The position numbers and the translations under genes are program-made. The notes under the pieces were generated by a model. The model searched no databases and was not told the DNA's origin. It saw only the letters and a list, made by a program, of their open reading frames with translations. From a virus (lineage: Duplodnaviria > Heunggongvirae > Uroviricota > Caudoviricetes), in IMG/VR virus record IMGVR_UViG_3300045051_000014: 64,000 nt of DNA; one strand, 5' to 3'. Position 1 is the stretch's first letter, and every line of letters begins with the position of its first letter. Shown one piece after another: positions 1-9,813 of the stretch.

Positions 1-2
1 AT

Positions 3-404
3 CATGTGGATGCACTAATTGCTGTGCTAGAACGCGGTAAGATCGGTGAGCAATACTGCATCGGCGGTGGCACGCAGAAGACGAACATCGAAATCGCAAC
101 CTCCATCATCGGCTGTATCGGCGGTTAGTTCGAACAGATCGCGTTTGTCGAAGATCGCAAGGGACACGACTTCCGCTACGACATAGATAGTGATAAGCTC
201 TATCTCCACACCGGTTGGAAGCCAATACGTGCATTCCCGCGTGGACTTAGAGAAACTGTAGAATGGTATCGTAATAATATTGAATGGGTGAAATCATGCA
301 GAAGTGCCTCGGAATCATACTCGCAGGCGGCAAAAGCTCGCGCCTCTATCCCGCCACATTTGCTACGACCAAGCAAGTTCTCCCCATCTACGACAAGCCC
401 CTGA
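3..404 (+). pseudogene. rmlB: dTDP-glucose 4,6-dehydratase (RmlB) 3' portion; 5' end lies outside window; reading frame interrupted by in-frame TAG at 126-128
   Basis: Translation ...ERGKIGEQYCIGGGTQKTNIEIATSIIGCIGG*FEQIAFVEDRKGHDFRYDIDSDKLYLHTGWKPIRAFPRGLRETVEWYRNNIEWV matches conserved RmlB C-terminus (NIGG..., DRPGHDRRYAID, IRKTVEWY) on both sides of the stop. Confidence 0.6.
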
Positions 405-1183
405 TCTACTATCCCCTGTCAACTCTCATGTTGGCGGGGATTCGGGATTTTGTTGTAATCACTACGCCGGAAGAACAACAGGTCTTCAAGACGCTCCTAT
501 GGGATGCCGACGAGCGCATGGGCATCAACGTCCACTTTGCCGTACAGGACTATCCTCGCGGCATTGCCGACGCATTCAACGTGGTATCCAAGACCTATCC
601 CCAATTCGTTACCGAGTTCTCCAAGTTCGTATTGATCTTAGGGGATAACATCTTCTACGGCAGTGCTTTGAGCGAACTATTGGAAGACACCGTGGCAAGT
701 ACCCATGCCGCCTGTGTTGTCGCAAAAGTGAAAGATCCCGAAAGATTCGGTGTAATTACAATTGACGAGCGTTCGCAACCCATTGATATCGAAGAGAAAC
801 CAAAGCACCCTAAGTCTAATCTTGCTATAACTGGACTGTACGTTTTCGATTCCACCGTTTTCTACAGGGTCCGCGAACAGAAATTATCCCCTCGCGGAGA
901 ATTAGAGATAACGGATGTATTGAAAGATTACATGGTGAATGGTGATCTAAGAGTGGTTAGTCTTCTAAGAGGAATGATCTGGTTCGACACCGGTACCGCA
1001 GACTCGCTACTGGAAGCCGCTAATCTGGTACAGTCAATACAAAAACATCACGGATATATGGTTGGCAATCCACACGAAATCGCGTATAATAGAGGTTGGA
1101 TCGACCATGAATCACTAAGACTAACTGCGCAATTGTGCGAGAAGTCTGCATATGGTCAATACTTATTGGAGTTACTATCTTGA
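284..1183 (+). CDS. rmlA: glucose-1-phosphate thymidylyltransferase
   Basis: GIILAGGKSSRLYP, VLPIYDKPLIYYPLSTLMLAGIRD motifs typical of RmlA; alternative start ATG 296. Confidence 0.9.
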   Translation: MGEIMQKCLGIILAGGKSSRLYPATFATTKQVLPIYDKPLIYYPLSTLMLAGIRDFVVITTPEEQQVFKTLLWDADERMGINVHFAVQDYPRGIADAFNVVSKTYPQFVTEFSKFVLILGDNIFYGSALSELLEDTVASTHAACVVAKVKDPERFGVITIDERSQPIDIEEKPKHPKSNLAITGLYVFDSTVFYRVREQKLSPRGELEITDVLKDYMVNGDLRVVSLLRGMIWFDTGTADSLLEAANLVQSIQKHHGYMVGNPHEIAYNRGWIDHESLRLTAQLCEKSAYGQYLLELLS

Positions 1184-2484
1184 AACTGACACCTGAACAA
1201 CGGCACTTCTACATTCACGAACTCGCGAAAGAACTGCCGCCATGGGCGTATAACGCAGGCGCAGAGTTTGAACCGGGAAAGACTCCTGTGTATTACTCTG
1301 GTCCGTACATGGATCATCATGAGATTGAGGCAGCACTCAAGACATTCCTCACCGGCAAGTGGTTGGTGACGGGTGAAGAGGTCGCGAAGTTCCAGTGGAA
1401 GTTCGCACGCAAGTTTGGCGTGAAGTGGGCGCACATGGTCAACTCCGGTTCCTCTGCGAATCTGGTCATGATCGCCGCACTCAAGAGTTGGATGGGTTGG
1501 GACGAACATTCAGAAATCATCGTGTCGCCTGTGGGCTTCCCGACCACCATTGCACCTATCGTGCAGAACGGCATGAAGGCAGTGTTCGCAGACATTGAAC
1601 TCGACACGCTCAACTTCGACCTAGAAGATGTAGAGCGTAAGATCCGTAAGAACACGGTCGCTATCTTTGTCTCGCCTGTTCTCGGTAATCCGCCGAACAT
1701 GGATGAACTCAAGCGCATGTGCGACGATGCAGGCATTCTCCTGATCGGTGACAACTGCGACTCCCTCGGTACTAAGTGGAAGGGTAAGTGGCTGACGGAT
1801 TACTATGCCGCGTGGTCAACCTCCTTCTATCCCGCACATCACATGACAACCGGCGAAGGCGGAATGGTATGTTCAAATGACGAAGAAATCATCAAGCTTG
1901 CAAGACAGTTCTCATGGTGGGGAAGGGATTGTGTTTGCGTCGGCGCAGCCAATCTTAAGCCCTGCGGATCCTGTGGAAAGCGTTTCGACAACTGGCTCGC
2001 GCCTGACTATAATGGGATCGTTGACCATAAATACGTCTTCGCTCAGATGGGGTACAACCTCAAGCCGCTCGACTTTCAAGGTGCGATTGGTTCCGTTCAG
2101 CTAGACAAGTTCGATGAGATTCATCTGCACCGGCAGCAGTCCTACGACACCATTCGGGCTATCATCGAAACCTACGTGCCAGAAGTGACGGTAGTGGGTA
2201 ATCTGGATGAAGCCGAAGTCTCATGGTTTGGTGTGCCGATTCTCTGCGACAGTGCGGATGTAAAGACGCGCCTACAGGCTCACTTCGAAGCCAACAAGAT
2301 TCAGACGCGAAACTACTTCGCAGGCAACATTCTGCTTCACCCCGGCTACAAGCATCTAGACGACTTCAAGCGTTACCCTAATGCGAATCAGGCGTTGGAC
2401 CGCGTGTTCTTTGTGGGCGCAGCCCCGCACTACGGTCCTGAAATCTTCAACTGGTTTGAAACGGTACTCTCACAATGGACCTGA
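1135..2484 (+). CDS. PLP/PMP-dependent sugar aminotransferase/3-dehydrase, DegT/RfbH(E1)-like, with C-terminal Cys cluster
   Basis: YYSGPYMDHHEIEA...TGKWLVTGEEVAKF...NSGSSANL pattern of DegT/RfbH family; CxCx9CxxC cluster; start uncertain (overlaps rmlA end). Confidence 0.7.
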   Translation: MREVCIWSILIGVTILKLTPEQRHFYIHELAKELPPWAYNAGAEFEPGKTPVYYSGPYMDHHEIEAALKTFLTGKWLVTGEEVAKFQWKFARKFGVKWAHMVNSGSSANLVMIAALKSWMGWDEHSEIIVSPVGFPTTIAPIVQNGMKAVFADIELDTLNFDLEDVERKIRKNTVAIFVSPVLGNPPNMDELKRMCDDAGILLIGDNCDSLGTKWKGKWLTDYYAAWSTSFYPAHHMTTGEGGMVCSNDEEIIKLARQFSWWGRDCVCVGAANLKPCGSCGKRFDNWLAPDYNGIVDHKYVFAQMGYNLKPLDFQGAIGSVQLDKFDEIHLHRQQSYDTIRAIIETYVPEVTVVGNLDEAEVSWFGVPILCDSADVKTRLQAHFEANKIQTRNYFAGNILLHPGYKHLDDFKRYPNANQALDRVFFVGAAPHYGPEIFNWFETVLSQWT

Positions 2485-3329
2485 CCGTATTCGGGCATAC
2501 AGGATTCGTCGGCAGTCATTTCGTTCAGAGATACTGCCAGACGGACGACCTGTATCTGCCACCTCGCTATTCGCGTAGACCCAATCCATACAAGAAAACG
2601 GATATCCTATATCTAATCTCCACTACGCACAACTACCATGTGTTTGACGATCCGACTCTGGACGTTAAGACTAATCTGGTGGTGCTGACGGAAGCCCTAG
2701 AGTCTTGGAAGAACAACAATCCGGAAGGCGTATTCAACTTTGTGTCATCGTGGTTTGTCTATGGTGAACGGCATGGACTTGAACATAATAGGGCGGTGGC
2801 AGAAACCGCAGTATGTCGTCCAAAAGGTTTTTATTCTATCACAAAACACTGCGCGGAACAATTGGTAAGATCATTCGCAGAAACCCACAATCTGAGCTAC
2901 CGAATCCTACGGCTATGTAACATCCTAGGACCGGGAGACATGGGTGTATCTGCGAAGAAGAACGCGCTCCAATACCTGATCAATGAAATGAAGCACGACC
3001 GCCCAATCTCCATCTACGGGACGGGAGAGTTTACCCGCACCTACATGGACGTTCTGGATTGCGTCGAAGCCCTCCATCTAGTCATGGAAAAGGGTGAAGA
3101 GAACACCATCTACAACATCGGCACGGAACCGGCACAGAAGTTCATCGACCTAATCAAGACTGCCCATCAGTTGCTAGGTAGCAAGTCTGAGATTAACTAC
3201 ATCAAACCTAAGAAGTTCCATCAGCAGGTTCAGGTAGAGAACTTCTCCATGGACTGTTCCAAGCTTAAGAAGCTAGGATTTGAACCAAAATACAGCATCC
3301 TCGGAACGGTAGCCCGACTGTGTAAATAA
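2475..3329 (+). CDS. NAD(P)-dependent sugar-nucleotide epimerase/reductase (SDR fold)
   Basis: N-terminal Rossmann GHTGFVGSH; 284 aa; operonic with rml genes. Confidence 0.6.
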   Translation: MDLTVFGHTGFVGSHFVQRYCQTDDLYLPPRYSRRPNPYKKTDILYLISTTHNYHVFDDPTLDVKTNLVVLTEALESWKNNNPEGVFNFVSSWFVYGERHGLEHNRAVAETAVCRPKGFYSITKHCAEQLVRSFAETHNLSYRILRLCNILGPGDMGVSAKKNALQYLINEMKHDRPISIYGTGEFTRTYMDVLDCVEALHLVMEKGEENTIYNIGTEPAQKFIDLIKTAHQLLGSKSEINYIKPKKFHQQVQVENFSMDCSKLKKLGFEPKYSILGTVARLCK

Positions 3330-3356
3330 GCTAAATAGAGCATCAACCCTCCCACA

Positions 3357-4559
3357 GTGCGGAAGAAGATGCTCAAATTCAGCCAGTTCATCATAGAGAA
3401 TGTCGAAGACACGGCAAAACTCTCCCATCTGGAACACGCCGAAGACCATGTAATCAATGCCGGTTCTGCCGGTGTTCATCATGCCGTCCGGACGCTCGTT
3501 GGCGTTCACCATAAGCTTTTGGGGCATAACACCCCGGTCAAGCTCACCACCAAGTATGACGGCGCTCCATCCCTGATCTTCGGGCATCACCCGGAGTCTA
3601 AGAAGTTCTTTGTCGCTTCCAAGTCGGCATTCAACAAGACTCCTAAGATCAATTACACTCATGATGACGTAGACCGGAATCACGGTCACGCTCCCGGTCT
3701 AGCATCCAAGCTCAAGACCGCACTAGACCATCTTCCCAAGGTTACACCCAAGGGGCGCGTGTTTCAGGGTGACGTAATGTACACCAAGGGTGACGTTCAT
3801 TCGACGCAAACCCACCATTCCTTCAAGCCTAATACCATCAAGTATTCGGTCAAGAAGGATTCTCCGACCGGTCAGAAGGTGGAAAAGGCACACATTGGCG
3901 TGGCTGTTCACACCGAGTACAAGGGCGACGACCTCCATTCGCTCAAAGCTCACTTCGCTCCGGATACTTCCGACTTCAAGGATCATCCGGATGCTCACAT
4001 TATCGGAACCCACACTAAGGCTGATGCTGCGGACTATAAGCCAAAGGATCGTGTCAAGTTCTTCACCCATATCAAAAAGGCAAAGGACGCGGCTTCTGGT
4101 CAGTCTTTTGACCATCTTGATCACCCTGTCCGCGAACATGTCAAGACCTACATCAACCACACTGTTCGCACTGGAACTACTCCATCTGTCGGTGGACTCA
4201 TCAAGCATGTCGAGCAGAAGCACGAAGCTAAGAAGGATATGGTCAAAACTGATAAGTCTAAGCAAGCCATCGAAGCAACGAAACAGTCTCACCTATCGCA
4301 CATTGCGGCTCATAAGGAAGCTTTTGGGAACACTCTCGCGGTTCACAAGCACCTTCAAAACGCCAAGCACGTACTCGTCAAGGCACTCTCCAAGAGCGAC
4401 GAGTTCGACCACCACATCGGGGAAAAGGAATCGGGTCCGGAAGGACACGTTGCCATTGTGGGTTCTAAACCCACAAAATTAGTAGATCGTGGATCGGGTG
4501 GATTCGCCTCTGCCAACCTGAATGCCGGTGGAATCAAAGGCTTAAAGAAAGCTAAATAA
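3357..4559 (+). CDS. Lys/His-rich basic protein; possible covalent nucleotidyltransferase (ligase-like) fold
   Basis: 400-aa ORF; motifs in ligase order: KYDGAP (motif I-like), VFQGDVMY (III-like), EGHVAIVGSK..KLVDR (IV/V-like); otherwise low complexity K/H rich. Confidence 0.55.
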   Translation: MRKKMLKFSQFIIENVEDTAKLSHLEHAEDHVINAGSAGVHHAVRTLVGVHHKLLGHNTPVKLTTKYDGAPSLIFGHHPESKKFFVASKSAFNKTPKINYTHDDVDRNHGHAPGLASKLKTALDHLPKVTPKGRVFQGDVMYTKGDVHSTQTHHSFKPNTIKYSVKKDSPTGQKVEKAHIGVAVHTEYKGDDLHSLKAHFAPDTSDFKDHPDAHIIGTHTKADAADYKPKDRVKFFTHIKKAKDAASGQSFDHLDHPVREHVKTYINHTVRTGTTPSVGGLIKHVEQKHEAKKDMVKTDKSKQAIEATKQSHLSHIAAHKEAFGNTLAVHKHLQNAKHVLVKALSKSDEFDHHIGEKESGPEGHVAIVGSKPTKLVDRGSGGFASANLNAGGIKGLKKAK

Positions 4560-4590
4560 TACAGTTGGAAATTACCCACAGAGCGGTACA

Positions 4591-5865
4591 ATGTCTCACG
4601 CAACTTTCACCTTTGGACGCTTCAATCCGCCGACCGAATCCGGTCACGGCAAGCTAGTCTCTGCTGTTCAGGCTCATGCCGAGAAGACAGGCGGTAAGCA
4701 CTACATCTTCCCATCCCATTCTCAGGATCCAAAGAAGAACCCTCTGAGCCATGGTGACAAGGTGGGAGCCATGAAGAAGCTCTTCCCTTCGGCAAATATT
4801 GTATCCCACCCCGACGTAAAGAACGCAATTCATGCCCTCAAGCATCTTGAATCTAAGGGACATACACACGCAACGATGATCGTTGGTGATGACAGGGTGC
4901 ATGAATTCCACAAGCTACTCCATGCCTACAACGGCAAGGAATACAACTTCAAGAAGATCGAAGTCAAGTCCGCAGGACACCGCGACCCGGATGCAGAAGG
5001 CTCCGAGGGCATGTCCGCATCCAAGCTACGCGGTCTGGTCAAGAGCGGCAAGCGCGACGAGTTCATTTCCCATTACTCCGACAAGAAGCTCGGAGCCGAA
5101 ATTCATGACAAAGTGAAGGCAAACATGAGCGAATCCAAGGCGATGTTCATTCTCGGCGGTCCCGGTTCCGGAAAGGACTACGTGATCAACAATATCCTCA
5201 AGCGTTACGATCTGGTAGAAGTCCAGATGGATCAGATTCTCAACGGCGCAGTCAAGCCTCTGATCGAACAGGGTGTGGATCTTCTGATCAATGGTAATGC
5301 GGATAAGGATAAGATCATCCTTGTCAAGAGCATTCTTGAGAACTATTCGTTCTCACACACCATCGTTTCGGTTACTAATAAGGTGTCGCGTGAGCGCAAC
5401 GCCACTCGCGACCGTCCGTTGTCTGAGCAGACCCGCATTCGTAAGTGGTTGGATTGTGAGAACATTTCGCTGCCCAACTCATTCATCTTCAAGAACTCAC
5501 TCAACTTAGTAGAAGCTTCGAAGACCGAACTCAGCGATTTCCAGAATCAGATCGAAGCCTATCTCGGATTCCTCCAAGAGAACAAGTTCTACACCCTTGC
5601 CGAAGTCCTAGAGTGGGGAACCGATGAAACGGTTCGCACGTTTAAAGAAGCGACTCCCGGTGAGAGTGTCGTAGACACCAAACCAAAGCTTACCGTCAAG
5701 GCACTGCGTAAGCGTGGTGTAAAGGGTATGCCACCAAACGCATATGACTCTCGCGTGGGTGGAGTCCAGTATACTAACTACGCAGGTGGCGGTGCCTATA
5801 CGGGCGGCGCATTCGGCGGATTGGTTTCCAGCTATCAGCACGACAAGAATAAGAAGGTACTGTAA
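4591..5865 (+). CDS. fusion protein: N-terminal cytidylyltransferase-like (HxGH-type) domain + C-terminal P-loop nucleotide kinase-like domain
   Basis: FTFGRFNPPTESGHGKLV (PPAT/NMNAT-like T/HxGH), MSASKLRGL (ISxSxxR motif), later ILGGPGSGKDY Walker A of AK/Pnk type. Confidence 0.6.
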   Translation: MSHATFTFGRFNPPTESGHGKLVSAVQAHAEKTGGKHYIFPSHSQDPKKNPLSHGDKVGAMKKLFPSANIVSHPDVKNAIHALKHLESKGHTHATMIVGDDRVHEFHKLLHAYNGKEYNFKKIEVKSAGHRDPDAEGSEGMSASKLRGLVKSGKRDEFISHYSDKKLGAEIHDKVKANMSESKAMFILGGPGSGKDYVINNILKRYDLVEVQMDQILNGAVKPLIEQGVDLLINGNADKDKIILVKSILENYSFSHTIVSVTNKVSRERNATRDRPLSEQTRIRKWLDCENISLPNSFIFKNSLNLVEASKTELSDFQNQIEAYLGFLQENKFYTLAEVLEWGTDETVRTFKEATPGESVVDTKPKLTVKALRKRGVKGMPPNAYDSRVGGVQYTNYAGGGAYTGGAFGGLVSSYQHDKNKKVL

Positions 5866-5866
5866 C

Positions 5867-6889
5867 ATGTCTCAGAAAGCGTGGATGAACGCATACACCA
5901 AGGGATCGAAGGATATGCAGGCTCGGCTTGCCAAGATCCACAAGAACAATCCTGAGTTTCAGGATTTCGTCAAGAAGCACGGCTTCGGCGGCAACCTTTC
6001 CAAGAAGCAGTCTGAATTGCAGAGCAAGGGTTCTGTTCAGACGGTCAAGCCCGTCACACCCGCTTCGCCTGAGAAGAATCAGAACTTGGATCGTGAAGCT
6101 CTAATCAAGGCAGCAGCCGTTAAGTTGCGCAATCGTCGGCTTGCCAACTCTAATCGTGTGGCATTTGGCGGCGAATTAGGTGGAGACTTCTCCATGCATC
6201 GTGGTGGATGGCGGCGCTATTCCGAGTCCGTAGAAGAATCCGTTGCCGCTAACTTCCGTAAGATCGTTCCCGGTCTTGGAAAACTACAGGCAAAGAACCG
6301 CGCCATTGATCTAGACAATGAGCTAACGAAAGGCATTCAAAACAAGACCCTGACTCGCATACAGCGCATGGCAAAAGCAAAGCACATCGAACGTTTCGCT
6401 CGCGTGGCATCCGGTGAACCTGCATTTAAGAGAAATCCTGCTAACGGCTTCGGTGAGTCGGTAGACGAAGATATTGCCTACAAGGATGGCACGATTGCCA
6501 TGTACCGTGGTGGATGGATCGCAAAGCGTGATGGTAAGAAGATCGGCACCACCATGCCATCTGATAAGCACGCAAGGGAACTTTTAGATGCGACTCACAA
6601 GAGCCTCGCACAGAAGACCATGACGGCACTCAAGAGCAAAGCCAAGTCGGTCATGCAGGGATTTGCCGCACGCAAGTTGGCTACCGAGTCTGCCGCAAAT
6701 CGTCGGCGCATTCGTTCATGGGACTCAGCCGTTCTTCCTGTAGAACACGATCATCCCCTACATACAGAACACCCAAAGAAAAAGCTTGACGCTCTTAGAG
6801 CGGCAGGCAAACACGTAGAAGCACGCGAGCTAGAACGCTCATGGCTAAGAAAAGCAATGGCTAAAGCAAAGACGGAGAACTCAAAATGA
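5867..6889 (+). CDS. hypothetical Lys/Arg-rich basic protein with internal (M/I)xRGGW repeat
   Basis: long ORF, ATG after TAA of upstream gene, internal repeat AFGGELGGDFSMHRGGWRRY / AYKDGTIAMYRGGWIAKRDG. Confidence 0.6.
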   Translation: MSQKAWMNAYTKGSKDMQARLAKIHKNNPEFQDFVKKHGFGGNLSKKQSELQSKGSVQTVKPVTPASPEKNQNLDREALIKAAAVKLRNRRLANSNRVAFGGELGGDFSMHRGGWRRYSESVEESVAANFRKIVPGLGKLQAKNRAIDLDNELTKGIQNKTLTRIQRMAKAKHIERFARVASGEPAFKRNPANGFGESVDEDIAYKDGTIAMYRGGWIAKRDGKKIGTTMPSDKHARELLDATHKSLAQKTMTALKSKAKSVMQGFAARKLATESAANRRRIRSWDSAVLPVEHDHPLHTEHPKKKLDALRAAGKHVEARELERSWLRKAMAKAKTENSK

Positions 6890-7752
6890 GCAAGGCACTG
6901 AATGAACTCAAGAAGGCAACGATGGCATCCTATCTGTCCAAGGCAGGTGGTCGCGTGCGTTCCGGTACGAAGATTGGAATCGACTTTGAGAACGATGCCT
7001 ATCGTGACCTCAAGACGGTCAACCGTCATTCCGAATACAACGTAGACGGAAAGGAAAAGGATCCTGTGATCCGTGCCAAGGCTGAGAAGAGCATGAAGGT
7101 CAACACTGACCTTGCTAAGACGTTCAAGCGTGATGCTGCGAACCGCATCAAGGGTATTGCTCGCGCAGGACGCCTGTTGGCTAAGGAAGATACTGTCAAC
7201 GAAGCAGGCAAGAATCCTTACGGTCCCGGCTACAAGCTAATCGACAAGGACGGCAACGAACTCAAGGTCGGTCACAAGTTCATGCACACTTCGCATCACG
7301 AAGGCTCCAAGCCAGAGCATCACGAAATCACCGGATGGCAGTCGGGTGAGCAGCGTGGCAACTCTTCCTCTTCGGGTCGCGTTGCGGTCAGAGTCGGTAA
7401 GGGTAAGAAGGCTTACGACACCGAATACTTCCCTCATGTTTTCGGCATGAAGGTTGTCAAGGAAGATGTAGAGCCTGTCAACGAACTCAAGACTTCGACT
7501 CTCGCATCCGTCGCAACGAAGCGTTATGCACAGGCGCAGGCTGCACTCAAGGCAAAGGACTTCGGCGGATATGTCAAGGCAAAGGCTAAGTCCATCAAGG
7601 CAGCGGACGCAACCGTGCCTAAGAGTGGTTGGAGTCCAGAAGACGATGCCAAGAAGAATGAAGAAGTTGTGGTAGAATCTCCACAAGAAAAGTATCGCAA
7701 GATCAAGGAAGCCAAAGTCAAGGCAGCTTGCTCTTGCTCCAAGGGGAAGTAA
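6886..7752 (+). CDS. hypothetical Lys-rich basic protein
   Basis: ATGA overlap with upstream ORF; 288 aa, K-rich low complexity. Confidence 0.6.
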   Translation: MSKALNELKKATMASYLSKAGGRVRSGTKIGIDFENDAYRDLKTVNRHSEYNVDGKEKDPVIRAKAEKSMKVNTDLAKTFKRDAANRIKGIARAGRLLAKEDTVNEAGKNPYGPGYKLIDKDGNELKVGHKFMHTSHHEGSKPEHHEITGWQSGEQRGNSSSSGRVAVRVGKGKKAYDTEYFPHVFGMKVVKEDVEPVNELKTSTLASVATKRYAQAQAALKAKDFGGYVKAKAKSIKAADATVPKSGWSPEDDAKKNEEVVVESPQEKYRKIKEAKVKAACSCSKGK

Positions 7753-7753
7753 C

Positions 7754-8899
7754 ATGAGTCAGCTATTCACTAACGTCAGACCGGGCGATACCGTTCACTA
7801 CCTCACCCCACAGGGGCAGCGTGGTAAGGGCAAAGCCGTTCTCTCCTACGATACGCACGTTGTTGTGAATCGTGGTAAGGGACAGCCGCAGGTTGTCAAC
7901 GACAAGAACTATGTCAAGCATGAACGCAACGGCAAGGTCGTCGGCGCATTGCTGTCTCGCCTCAAGGAAGCAACGTGGCAGGGTGCCAACGATCCTTATA
8001 ATTGGGATCCGGTAATGCGTCAGCAGGTTTTCGCTGCCGCCGCGAAGAAGAACCGCGAGAAGCAGAAGGCAAAGGGTCAGCCTGTTCCTCATGAACTGGA
8101 AACTGGTCGTTCATACAAACCTAAGTACAATCCACCTCCTCGCCGTGGCACTGCCAACGAAGACTCGCATGACGCAGAGGGTAAGTCCGCTCGCGTTGCG
8201 AAGACTAAGCGACTCAAGAAGAAGCTGCACGAACTGAACACCAGTACGCTAGCATCTTATGTTTCTAAGGCTATTGCTGATCGTAAGAAGGCACAGGGCG
8301 GATTCGAAATGGCGGGTCGCATTCATACGGGCGAGCGCAAGAAGTATTTCCAAGACAAGATGTTTGCCAAAGTCAGCAAGCGCACGAAAGGCATTCAGAC
8401 GGCTGTGGGCAAGATTGCCAACAATCTGCCGCACGAACCACTCAAGGCACATGCCGATTCCGAGAGCGCAAAGCATGGTGGATGGAGCGGCATGGAAGCG
8501 CGTGAGTCTGAGTGGACCGCTAACATTCAAATGGCGAAGTCTTCGATCAAAACTCCAAGTGGTCACTACCTGATGCGCGATGGTCGCAAACTATCTGGTC
8601 CTCATTCACCAGAAGATGCAGTGAAGCACTACAAGGCTCTCAGTGCGCAGGGTACCGACACGAAGGGTGTGAAGATCGTTCATGTCAAGGAAACTCATTC
8701 GTTCGACGTAACGAACTCCCTGCTTTCCGAAGCCAAGGTGAAGGAAGCCGCAGCAAAGGCAATTTCCCTTTCCAAGAAGGCGAAGGGCAACAAGCATGTG
8801 GATACCGAACCCAAGCTAGATATACATGACAAGGGTGGCGGTGGACCGATGGGCGGTACGCATGAAGGACCGGAGGGTGGCGTCGATGCTAAGATTTAA
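7754..8899 (+). CDS. hypothetical Lys-rich basic protein
   Basis: 381 aa ORF immediately after previous stop; K/H rich. Confidence 0.6.
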   Translation: MSQLFTNVRPGDTVHYLTPQGQRGKGKAVLSYDTHVVVNRGKGQPQVVNDKNYVKHERNGKVVGALLSRLKEATWQGANDPYNWDPVMRQQVFAAAAKKNREKQKAKGQPVPHELETGRSYKPKYNPPPRRGTANEDSHDAEGKSARVAKTKRLKKKLHELNTSTLASYVSKAIADRKKAQGGFEMAGRIHTGERKKYFQDKMFAKVSKRTKGIQTAVGKIANNLPHEPLKAHADSESAKHGGWSGMEARESEWTANIQMAKSSIKTPSGHYLMRDGRKLSGPHSPEDAVKHYKALSAQGTDTKGVKIVHVKETHSFDVTNSLLSEAKVKEAAAKAISLSKKAKGNKHVDTEPKLDIHDKGGGGPMGGTHEGPEGGVDAKI

Positions 8900-9359
8900 G
8901 GAATATTTCACGGAAGAGGAACACATCGTCATTGATGTGGAGCCTACGTATACGCTTTCCAACATGGAAAAGGCGAATGCAGATCTTGATGCCGTGACCG
9001 AAGTTCCATTCGTCAACTCTGCGCTGTTTGTCAACGCAGTGCGTGGTACTCTGGAACGATATGGTGTCATTCTGCCTGCACACTCCAATATGCAGCAGCT
9101 TTCCATGGAAGGCGAGTGGGTCTATCAGCTAGGTGATTCCGGTCACTACGTCTACATGGTTCACAACCTGACACCAGATGGTGCGGTTGAGGGCTATGCT
9201 CAGATCGTGGATCAGGAAGAACTGGACGACCTCTCAGAACTTGGCATTCCAGAAACCATTGAACCAGAACAGCCAGATCGTACTGAACCTTCCGAGTGGA
9301 TGAAGTATCCAAAGGCACGTAGGGACGATGACTCAGGGAATGACGCAGAATACGCCTAA
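8886..9359 (+). CDS. hypothetical acidic protein
   Basis: ATG 8886 overlapping upstream stop; acidic C-terminus (EELDDLSELGIPE...). Confidence 0.5.
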   Translation: MLRFKEYFTEEEHIVIDVEPTYTLSNMEKANADLDAVTEVPFVNSALFVNAVRGTLERYGVILPAHSNMQQLSMEGEWVYQLGDSGHYVYMVHNLTPDGAVEGYAQIVDQEELDDLSELGIPETIEPEQPDRTEPSEWMKYPKARRDDDSGNDAEYA

Positions 9360-9364
9360 TACCT

Positions 9365-9748
9365 ATGGAACAACTTAATAATGATACTGTGTTGCTTTAC
9401 GCAATCAAAGCCTACGATAAGCTCAATTACGTAAAGTCTGAATTTGAAGAGGACTACAAGACATTTCGTTATGTCAAGAGACTTCTTCAACGATACCGGC
9501 AGTCAGGTGAGTTGAGAGAGAACTTAGTTCTCAATCATCTTAACCTGATCTACAATATGTTTGGGATTGAACCGGGAACCCGCTTACTATTCTTTAAGAT
9601 GGATGAGGCTGACTATGCAAGTCTCAAGACCTTTCTGGTCTACCTGAATACGATGCCTGATGTGGTGCATGGTATTGATGGAAGAGACATTCGTTCTTCG
9701 GATTATCCTGTGGATATGAGAATTGCTAATGTCTTAAGATCTCTTTGA
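9365..9748 (+). CDS. hypothetical protein
   Basis: 127 aa ORF, no recognisable motif. Confidence 0.5.
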   Translation: MEQLNNDTVLLYAIKAYDKLNYVKSEFEEDYKTFRYVKRLLQRYRQSGELRENLVLNHLNLIYNMFGIEPGTRLLFFKMDEADYASLKTFLVYLNTMPDVVHGIDGRDIRSSDYPVDMRIANVLRSL

Positions 9749-9813
9749 AATAACCCTTCAAAGAACCACACGGTTATTATACAGGTCGGAATTAGAACTG
9801 TCAAGGTCAAATC

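Noticed and set aside
1156-1754. Minus-strand ORFs 1156..1509 and 1317..1754 inside the DegT-like gene
   Set aside because: Fully antisense to a long conserved + strand gene; amino-acid composition typical of shadow ORFs
3273-4603. ORFs 3273..3689(-), 3723..4292(-), 3790..4482(+), 4355..4603(-)
   Set aside because: Overlap the 400-aa + strand ORF in other frames; Ser/Arg/Leu-rich compositions characteristic of frame artefacts
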